Shown piece after piece: positions 53,900-64,000 of a stretch of DNA of 64,000 nt. This DNA comes from Eledone cirrhosa (lineage: Eukaryota). The notes under the pieces were generated by a model. That model was given only the letters and a program-made list of their open reading frames with translations, was not told where the DNA came from and searched no databases. Location: NCBI GenBank assembly GCA_964016885.1, contig OZ024743.1, positions 95,728,001 to 95,792,000 of the forward strand. Direction: 5' to 3'. How positions within the stretch are numbered: position 1 is the first letter of the stretch; each line of letters begins with the position of its first letter. The position numbers were made by a program, and so were the translations under genes.

Positions 53900-55456
53900 T
53901 GCACTACAACAAAGAAAATAATTGATATATAATGTATAATAAACAATATAATATAATTACCTCATTACCAGAGGTTTCCCGAATAAGGCGAATACGAAAA
54001 ACGTCCTCATTCGTTCGTCGGATAAGGCAATTTAAAACAGTGAAATATTTGAAAAATCTCCTCAAGAAAGGCAAAAGTTTAACGGGCAAAAAAAAATATA
54101 AATAAAAGTAATGCAAGAGATATATAAAAAAAATAAGGAAATATAGTTAGGATATGTGTATAAATGTGTGTATATTCACTCACAAATGTACATATGTGTG
54201 TATATACAAATGCATGTGTATAGTGAAAAAATATGTGCGTAAGTATATATATGAGGGCAAGCATATCAGTGTATGTGTGACCACAAATACGTATATAATA
54301 TATGTTGAAAAAGGAATTGTAAGATAATAAAGTCAACGTACATCCAGATACAGGTATTAAGGAATGAAATATACACACATACAAGTATGAAAGCACGCGT
54401 ATAAACACATACACACGATCACACACATGCGAGTGATGTATAGAGGGAAGGGAGTAGTATCAGCCAAAAGGGTGTCAGTCTGAGGCTCGATACATATAAA
54501 AATGAAACAATATAAGAGAATAAAAATTATAAATCAAAGAGAAAGTAAGAGGGAGGGGTTATCAATTATAAATTAACACTAGAAAAAACAAAACAAACAT
54601 AGGTTCATACGTACACACGAAGCACATATATATATCGGCACATGTATATCTAATCACACGTACATACGCGAATATATATATATATACATATACACACATT
54701 CATACACATACATATATATATATACATGCATATTCACATACATTCACCCATACACACACACACACACACGTATATATAAGTGTGTAAAAACATAGATATA
54801 AAAACACACATACACACACATATATACACACACACACGCACACATACGGAGGCGTTCGTATACATATACATAACGCATACACATACATGCACACTCACGC
54901 GCATAGATACAAATTATAAACCAGCCGTATGAATAAATGAGTACAAATATAAAAGCGGCTGCGAAGCAACAGAATATATCTGGAGTTGAAATCGCAAGTA
55001 ACATGTGATAACAGGTTGTGAAAGAAAATGGGGAAGTAAAATGTGGAATTGTGAAGATATTAGGTAAGTGAATCAAAAAGTAGGGGGGCGGGGTACTGGT
55101 GGATGTGAAGTAAAAATAAATATATCAGAAAGAGAAGTCTGTAAAGAGGATAATTAAAGGAAAGTGAAGAACAAGAGTTTATGGAGGATAAGTATCTGAA
55201 AGTGAGTTAAGTTTATATGAGCTGGAAAGCAAGTGTGATTTCATGTGTGGGCAACTGGTGAAAATTTCTGTTTTTGCATTTAGGCAGGTTTTCGGTGATT
55301 TAAGATTCTGTAAAATCCAATATTTTTCACTTATGCAGAGTGTGCATCTTCTTGTTCCTCTTGCATATTCTTTAGATTGGTTCAAAATTGACCAATCCAA
55401 TTTATATTGGATACCTTGGTCTTTCAAATCCCATATTCTGCTAGCCAGAGCTGTTG

Positions 55457-55460
<4 letters not shown>
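53900..55460 (-). mobile_element. Penelope 3' fragment (GIY-YIG C-terminus at 55179-55460 plus 3' UTR)
   Basis: TTALASRIWDLKD..CTLCISEKYWIL..LNAKTEIFTSCPH, similar to the 8 kb fragment. Starts at (TA)n. Confidence 0.85.
53960..54027 (-). ncRNA. Type I hammerhead ribozyme, C4 core variant
   Basis: Minus strand: CCTTAT CCGACGA aCGAATGAGG..CCTTATTCGg GAAA CC tct GG TA ATGAGG. Confidence 0.75.
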
Positions 55461-55538
<78 letters not shown>

Positions 55539-55542
<4 letters not shown>

Positions 55543-55983
55543 AGTTGTTTGGAAGCCTCGACAATGCAGCTGGGTAAATCTCCGGGTAACAAGATCCGGT
55601 GGTGGAGAGAGAGATGAAAGTGGGTGTACGTTGAGATGCGTGGCGTGTATAAAACTGTAACGTGTTGAGGAATGAAGGAAAGAGCGTAAAGGATAAAAAT
55701 AAAAATAACAACACGAAAAAGAGTTACCTTGGGAGAGATTTAATTGTCCCTATATATTTCGGATTCACATCCATCAACTGGGGGTTTTTTCCGAGGGGTG
55801 GGGGGAGGTTGTCTGTCGGAAAGATGCGAAACGTGTCCTCCGCTGTTCGTTGTTTTGAATATTCAAAACAACGAACAGCGGAGGACATGTTTCGCACCTT
55901 TCTCCACCACCGTCTCTCCACCACCGGATCTTGTTACCCGGAGATTTACCCATCTGCATTGTCGAGGCTTCCAAACGACTTAA
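55539..55983. repeat. Nested inverted repeats: 72-bp palindrome (55825-55896) and ~70 bp outer arms
   Basis: Palindrome centred on GAAT|ATTC with one G.T pair. 55539-55608 is the reverse complement of ~55914-55983. (TA)n lies on both sides. Confidence 0.9.
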
Positions 55984-56024
55984 AGAAATTTACCTTATTA
56001 TTCCAGAATGCTTCAAGCAAACTT

Positions 56025-56079
<55 letters not shown>

Positions 56080-56117
56080 ATATTAATAAATGGAAACTAT
56101 ATTTATAAAACCATATT

Positions 56118-56183
56118 TATTTTATTATACATATTTCAAGGGCAACCAAGACAAATTATGGTGCGCTTTCATCAGATAAAATA
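56118..56183 (-). ncRNA. Type I hammerhead ribozyme, canonical core
   Basis: Minus strand: TATTTTAT CTGATGA AAGcGCACCA..TGGtTGCcCTT GAAA TATGTA TA ATAAAATA. Confidence 0.88.
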
Positions 56184-59100
56184 CAGATTTGTTTTATAAA
56201 TAAATATTGACATACCCGGAAAAAAGACAACCTTAACGGTTGGAGCTTCCTGGATAGTGGAGATAATACTTTATTGGGGGTAATACAAAGTTATGAGTGA
56301 GTATGCAAATGAGTGTCCGAAAGGTTGAAAAGATAACGGTTTATTTAAATTAAACAGTTGGAAGAAGATGATATGTAAGAGAGAGAGAAAAAAAAGAAAA
56401 AAAGAAAGTAGAAAGAGAGAAGAGGAAAGAAAGAACGATTATACATATTGATAGTGAAGATAGAGTGAATGAAGAAATAAGTTTCAATGGAGAAATATAC
56501 ATAGCGTAAATATAGCGTAAATATATCTAAGTGAAAGAAGAAGTGAAAGAAGAAATAAGATTAACGTGGACGAATAATATTTATAATGTAGGGTTCATTA
56601 CGTTGTGATTATAATATTTATGATAGGTTGAAAAAATAGATTAAAATTAAAAATTAGAAATCAAAATTAAAGATTAAAATTTGCCTTAATATTAAAGATT
56701 TAATTTAATAATTTAATATTAATATTAAAAATTAAAAATTAAAAATTAAAATTAAGAATTAAAAATAAAAAATAAAAAATTAAAATTAAAATTAAAATTA
56801 AAACAGAAGTATTTATATTATATTAAGATGTATTAGTAATAATATATTGGTTTAGATGTGTATGTAAAGGATTTTAAATTATTTAAATAAATATATAATA
56901 TTTTACATTAGAGAAAATCTAGTATAGTTTATTTTATTAAAGTAAGTTTGGCAAAATTATATTTATTAATAGTTGTAAGTCAAAATTTAAACATCCAAAT
57001 AATTCTAAATTTATGAAAGATTTACGAGAGTTTACAAAGGAATAACTACTTGATTATATTATAAAAACAGTAAGGAAGTGTAAAGGAAGTTAGAAGTGAT
57101 GTTTTAAGATCTCAAATGACTCCAAGGATTAAATGTTATAAAGTTACAAATTTTATTTTAAGAATATAATTAAAACGTAAACCATATGTTATTTTATACG
57201 AAGTCATAAATTTATCTTAAGAATATAATTAAAACATAAACCATAGGTTATTTTATAAAAAGTCATACTTGCTATAAAGTTTTTTTTTTAAATGTATCTT
57301 AAGAATATAGTTAAAACATAAACCATAGGTTATTCCACATATATATAAAAAACCTATATATAAAAATCATATGTTATTCCACATATATATAAATATTTGG
57401 ATACATATATTAAAAACGTTTAAAGATATAAAAATATTGGAAGATATGAAAATAATGGTTTTTCTATATCTTTCAAAGGAACTTTCAAAGAATTTTCTAA
57501 AACCTTCCGTAAGTTTTTCAAGAAAAAATGTTTTTAAAAGAGTTTCAAGCAGTCATATAAAAAAAAAGTTTATAATCTATTGATAGGTGTAATAATATAA
57601 AGTAGAGATAATAGAAAGTAAATTAAATATATATGAATCATATATAGATATAGAAAACATTATGTAAAGGAGATTAACCATATATTACATTTTATATATA
57701 TATTTAAAAGTTGAGTTTAAACGATGTTTACAAGAACTAAATAAATTATTTCGCAAATTAATAGAGTTCTTACTTTTTAGTATAAAGAATATTTCTTCAA
57801 CGCAAAGTGAGCAATTTTTGGATAGAGCAGTGTATGAAGGAGCTTTGGAGATAATTTTCCAAAATAAAGAATAGTTAATATTCTTGGATTTTAAATTCCA
57901 TAAGTTAGATAGAGAAGTTGAAGATTTTTTACCAATATTCGTAAAGGAACATTTATGGTTATTAAAACGATATTTGAAGTCTGTGGAAGTAGAGCCGACA
58001 TAGTTAAAGAAGTTTTCATTTGTTTTGACATTACAATTGTATACTATATTTTTAACTAAACAGTTATTATTTAGAGGACAGTTAGATTTATTTCTACAAT
58101 TACATTTATCTGAATTTATATTATTGGGAGACGTAACATTATATTGGATATTGCTAGAGGTATTAATGCTATTCTGGTTAGGTTTTAAGTTTCTATTATT
58201 AATTCTATTAATATTCTGCGCTAAATTCATAGTGGTGGAATATGAGAGTTTAATAGTATGTCTATTAAAGATTGAGTAATATCTGTGTGTCTTAGGAAAG
58301 CACTTATCTAGAGCTTTAAAAAATAATTTAGCTATAGGAGTTTTAATACTTAATGAGAAAGGGGGAGCGAACCATAATATATTTCTAGTTCTATTTTTCT
58401 TTTGATTTTCGAGTTAGTGCAAGGTTTCCTATTATATTTATAGTTATGGTTAATTGGCACATCCTTATTGTCAATGTATTTAATTTCATTACTATAGCCT
58501 GCTCTACTTAACGCTTCGTTATAATATTGTGCCTTATCTTCAAATATATTTTATTCGCTGAAATTCTAGAAATACGTTGCTGCACAGAATTTACAATAGT
58601 GTTTTTAATGGATCTGGGGTGATTGGAATTAAAGTTAACATAGTTTAAATTCTCATTTATTTTATGAAATGGATAATAAAGACCAGTATTAAGGTTTAAA
58701 GTTACATCTAAAAAATTAACTATTTTATAATTATTCTCTACTTCTACTTTAAGATTAACGCTATTAAAAAATAGTATAATTTCTTTTGTTTTGCTATTTA
58801 TTTCACAATTATTATTATTTTCAATAAGCAATAGCATATCGTTACGATATAAACCAGCGGTCATCTCCGGTATTTTCCTATGTAAAGTATTGTTAATAAA
58901 AAGCCACACAAGATCCGTTAATTGCGCCGAGTCCGATGACCCCATAGTGACATCGAAATTGTTATCCCTATCTGCTCTAGACCAAAGGTGGTTGCTAAAT
59001 TTAATTAATGTTTTACGTGCAGTTAAGATAATGTGCATTTCATTGCTAGTTAAATATCAATATGTATAATCGTTCTTTCTTTCCTCTTCTCCCTTTCTCC

Positions 59101-59327
59101 TTTTTTTTCTTTCTTTCTTTTTTCTCTCTCCCTTACATATCATCTTCTTCCAACAGTTTAATTTAAATTGACCGTTATCTTTTTAACCTTTTGGACACTC
59201 ATTTGCATACTCACTCATAAATTTGTATTACCCTCAATAAAGTATTATCTCCACTATCCAGGAAGCTCCAACCCTTAAGGTTGTCTTTTTTCCGGGTATT
59301 TCAATATTTATTTATAAAACAAATGTG

Positions 59328-59393
59328 TATTTTATCTGATGAAAGCGCACCATAATTTGCCTTGGTTGCCCTTGAAATATGTATAATAAAATA
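59328..59393 (+). ncRNA. Type I hammerhead ribozyme (inverted pLTR copy)
   Basis: Same motif as 56118-56183, with one loop II substitution. Confidence 0.88.
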
Positions 59394-59521
59394 AATATGG
59401 TTTTATAAATATAGTTTCCATTTATTAATATATTGTGTATTTACCCCACTCATTGTTGAGTGCTTTATATCAGTTATAAACATTTTTAAGCTGGTTGAAT
59501 CCCAACAAATTAAATATAACC

Positions 59522-59620
<99 letters not shown>

Positions 59621-59630
59621 CTGTGTGTGT

Positions 59631-59703
<73 letters not shown>

Positions 59704-59833
59704 AGGTTATATTTAATTTGTTGGGATTCAACCAGCATAAAAATGTTTATAACTTATATAAAGCACTCAACAATGTGTGGGGTAAATACACAATATATTA
59801 ATAAATGGAAACTATATTTATAAAACCATATAT

Positions 59834-59884
<51 letters not shown>

Positions 59885-59904
59885 CACACATATATATATA
59901 TATA

Positions 59905-60545
59905 TATAACAACTAGAAATTGATTAACATATAAATAAACATATGAAACTATCACGGGGGATAATCTTTACAAGTGTGTAAGCACACATAGCTAGGTAGG
60001 TAACTAAATAAAGTTAACTAGAACTTCAAAAATATACCTTATAATATGATTAATCTTCTCTGTATATATTCCATAAAAGAAATATATTTCACCAATTAAT
60101 CGAATGGTAAACGACGGAGGCCGATACTTGGATTTTCAACAAGGAAGAAGTCCAGCGATCTGTGTTTACGCATTAAGTTCAAATCAGCGACTGGCCAGTA
60201 ACACGTGCTGTATCTACTAAAAATACACACATCATACCAGCTTTGTCCCAGTGGCGTGAATAGGGTTATCGACAACTAAAAATAGCAGTCAAGTCCTTCC
60301 AACAGAGTTAGCTCAACAATTAAGGAGCCTATCAATTAAGGAGCCTAACAAGTGTGCTTATACACTTGTAAAAATTATCCCCCGTGATTGTTTCATATGT
60401 TTATTTATATGTTAATCAATTTCTAGTTGTTATAAAATGCTCGGACCTATTCATTAGAATCTTGGAGCTTATTTTATGGGTGATATAGCGCATGGCTTTC
60501 TGGCATGACACCCATAATTTTGATTTAGATTAAATTCATTTTGAT
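59905..60545. mobile_element. ORF-less element with ~85 bp inverted repeat, in (TA)n
   Basis: 59905-59988 is the reverse complement of ~60351-60434. Confidence 0.65.
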
Positions 60546-60632
60546 TTATCTTAATTTTGTATATATATATATATATATATAAATATAGTGACGAAACATA
60601 AGTCAATTGCATGAACTCATAATCCTTTATTT

Positions 60633-60688
60633 ACTGCTATATATATTTCGATGATAGCCATTGTATGGCTATGACCTCGTCAGGCAGT
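60633..60688 (-). ncRNA. Type I hammerhead ribozyme, canonical core
   Basis: Minus strand: ACTGC CTGACGA GGTCATAGCCA tacaa TGGCTATCATC GAAA TATATA TA GCAGT. Confidence 0.88.
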
Positions 60689-61310
60689 TAGTCAGTTCTT
60701 AGATATGCCAGTGTTTTTGGTGTTGATGGTTTCAGAGCCTTGGGACATATGAGCTTGTTAGGGATAATTTACTGTTGTCAGCAGGAATAAACCTAATTGT
60801 CATTGGTCAGTTTGTAGATGCTAGTAGGATTGGTATTTGGCCTCAAAGAGGTCGGTGGTGTTGTAAATTTCAAACCGTCAGGCAAGATGACAATAGTTCC
60901 ATATGACTGATTTTCACAAAAAGCATTCCTGCTCAGATATATATTCAATTGAGGTTTATAGTATGAAATTCGATACTACAGGTCATTCTTAAATTAAGGA
61001 ATTTATGTGGGGTGGTACTACTGAAAATTATGGTAAGAGTCAAATACTTAGAAAGTTTACATATAAAAAGACTTATGTTTGTTGACTTGCACATACACTC
61101 ACACCCACCCCCACAGTCACACACACACATCCACACATACAAATTGAGGAATTTAGGTGGGGTGGTAATACTGAAAATTATGGTTAGAGTTAAATACTTA
61201 GAAAGTTTACATATAAAAAGACTTATGTTGGTTGACTTGCACATACACTCACACCCACCCCACAGTCACACACACACATCCACACATACAAATCCATATA
61301 TATATATATA

Positions 61311-61451
<141 letters not shown>

Positions 61452-61641
61452 ACAGGGAGAAAAAGACGATTATTAGGAAGAAAAATATATTGTTTTCCCT
61501 TCTTATTTTTTTTCTCTTTTTTCTGGGTTAGAAAATGATTAAAACGAAATATTTTACTTTGTGTGAAGTATTGAGGTATTAGTTGATTTATTTATTAATT
61601 AACAATGGCATTTATTAATTTATTTATATATTTAATAACTG

Positions 61642-61681
61642 TCTATTACCGGTTTCAGCATTTTTATGCATTATCAAATGA
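61642..61681 (-). ncRNA. Minimal hammerhead ribozyme, U3-A8 variant
   Basis: Minus strand: TCAT TTGATAA tGCAT aaaa ATGCt GAAA CCGG TA ATaGA. Palindromic ACCGGT; lies downstream of a PLE ORF. Confidence 0.65.
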
Positions 61682-62099
61682 TAATAATATATATTGGTGT
61701 AGAATGGTGGTGTTGGACATGTTAAAGAAATGGTGCAGAAAGAATAATGTTATTTACAAACAAGGTTTATGAAGTGAAAAGAAAAAAGAAAAAAAGAGGT
61801 GTAATGTGGAGCATAATAAGGCAATGCGAAAGAAAAAATAATGTTATTTACAGGCATAGTTCTTGAAGATAAGCAGATCAAAATGTGTTAATATAGCAAG
61901 AGTGCTTAGTTGATCCATGATGGAGGCAAATGGTGGACTGGGGTTTGATATGATTTCCCATTTTAGAGAGTTAATATGCAGGGGGCTGTAATTCATGCTG
62001 GATGATATTTAATTTAAGTAAAAAGGATTAGGTAGGGTGTAAGGGAGGTAATTCTTTAGAGAGACAGGTATTTGTAAATGTTTCATTTTCGTTCCAGTA

Positions 62100-64000
62100 T
62101 TAGTTTATTCCGAAGTTTAATGCATTAAATAGAGGTTGGAATTTGTTAATGAAATACGTTTCCTTATTGGTACGATGGATGAAAGGAACGTTGTCTATGA
62201 ATTTGTAAATGGGGGAAATTTTAAAGTTTGATTTGTGATTTATGGACGGTCTAATTTACCCTTGTGTTCTATTTTAGCATGTTGGTAGAGTACAGATGAT
62301 TCTTTATTATCTTGAAGGTCTCGCCAGTGTTCATTTATCCGTTCCCCTACACTACGAGCTGTCTCACCTATGTACACTATATTTTTGTCTCTACATTGTC
62401 CTTCAGTACATCTTATGCTATACACTACATTTCTAGTTTTACAGTTAATATGGGGGCTTATTTTACAGGTTATACATTTCTTATCTATACATGAGGGTCT
62501 TTGAAAAGGGTATGTCTTGCTAATAAGTGTTTTTACAGAGGTACCTGGTCTTTCTACTATCTTAATATTGAGTTTATATTTATTTAGGGCCCTTCTAAAT
62601 TTGTAAGCTAATTCACCTCTAGGGGTTGTATCGATGAACATTACACTCTGGTATTTATTGCTATCATACCATGAGTTTATTCTATTAGCCTTGTTCCTAG
62701 TTCTTTCTATTCTATTCCAAAATTTGCTCCTATACAAGGGGCAGATCCCATTTATGTCATTATTTACCATTTTTTTCCATTTGGTTCTGGCTCCTCTATA
62801 CACTCTGATTTTATCTCTCTGATTGTAGCCAGAGAACTGCATACGGTGGATGAAGTGTTGTATGTGTCTCTCTAGTTCTTCGGGGTTGCACATACGGGAC
62901 ACATTTCTCATCACCCGTACCAAATCCGCAATCAGTATGTTGATTTTGGTATGGTCCGAAACGGCCGAGTTTCGGTGGATCAGATGTTTGGAAGTCATGG
63001 GTTTGGCATAATGGGAATGTAGGATTTGTTTTTTGTTGTTAATGGTATCTAACCAGAGCTCTGTGTCTAGTACAGGTAATCGATGGTTGGAGTGTTTACT
63101 TGGGTAGTCTATAGTAACTCTAATGCTCTGGTGGATGGAGTTTGCTATTTGCTGGATGCTTTCCATTGTGTTTTTCTCTAGTTCCTGACAGTTCTCTAGT
63201 GGGGGTGTCTTAACTACGATGTTTATATCATCTACGTAGCGGGAGTACATTATCAGGGTTAAGGGGTCTTCTAATTGTTCTTTAAGTTTAAGTTTAAGTC
63301 TACTGTCCCACCATACCATGAATAAGTTAGCTATGTCGCCTGCAATGCTAACACCAATGGCTGCTCCTTCCTCTTGGGCATATGTTTTTCCATTAAATTT
63401 GAACATATGTTCCTTAAGGGTTAGTTTTATGCTGGCCCCTACCGCATGTGCAATCATTTTCTTCAGTTCATCGTGGTTTTCGGGTGTCCGTATGGCTCTG
63501 GTCCACCCGTCCATCTATCTGTGTGGGTTTTCTTGGCCATTGAGGTAATGGTAGGTGGTCTGCCTCTTGCTGGTCTTGTAGGGCACAGGTTGCTAAGGTC
63601 ATATGTGTCTAGGTAATTATTACTATAGGTAAGCTTAAGTAGGAGTCCCAGCTCACTGGTATCAATCCCACGGAACTCAACCTTGCTCTCACTGATCATT
63701 TCTACGCATTTCTCCACAGCAAAATCCACGTCAATAGATGGATACAGGGACACAACATCCATACTGCCTATTATGCAGTTTGTTAGGTCCCCAGATCGGT
63801 TACTCACGCCGATTCTGCTGAGGAGGTCCTCCGTGCTGTCACATACATCTGGGGACATTTCAATGATGGGGCGCATGATCAGGGAGAGGAAGTAGGACAG
63901 TCTGTAGTTACTAGCAATGTTAGCTCCACAGACTGGCCGTGTTGGTGGTCCCGCGACAGGGTTACAGCCCGTTTTATAGTCTTTTCGAAGCCCATACAAC
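62100..64000 (-). mobile_element. Penelope-like RT plus GIY-YIG of a different clade (Nematis/Neptune-like), frameshifted, running off the window
   Basis: GSMDVVSLYPSI, QEEGAAIG, YSRYVDD, LPVLD, C..C..C zinc linker, NVVYSIRC..YIGETAR..R..EH. Confidence 0.9.

Larger units (their letters stand above)
56075..59830 (-). mobile_element. AT-rich Penelope element (RT 58508-59038, GIY-YIG 57685-58230) with inverted pLTRs
   Basis: FDVTMGSSDS, YRND, NFLDVTL, CNCRNKSNCPL, NIVY..YVGST. 56075-56452 is the reverse complement of 59055-59437. Confidence 0.9.

Overview
A eukaryotic, AT-rich, microsatellite-dense window with no convincing host gene. It is almost entirely transposable elements. The SINE types and repeat landscape suggest a cephalopod such as Octopus (inference). 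It contains at least seven ORF-bearing Penelope-like element (PLE) copies or fragments (RT and/or C-terminal GIY-YIG) in tandem/inverted arrangements next to (TA)n tracts. Also present are two R4/Dong-type REL LINEs at (AAT)n, L1-Tx1 elements, CR1-like and CRE remnants, two non-autonomous Helitrons, mariner relics, many tRNA-derived SINEs and three minisatellites. The main signal missing from the ORF track is RNA-level: nine type I hammerhead ribozyme motifs that I folded by eye, with canonical and variant cores (U3-A8, C4, A4) and often palindromic stem III. There are also ORF-less 545-595 bp terminally redundant or permuted units bounded by (TA)n that share short motifs, and two weak HDV-like ribozyme candidates. 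All folds and alignments are manual, and boundaries are approximate unless exact termini are quoted.
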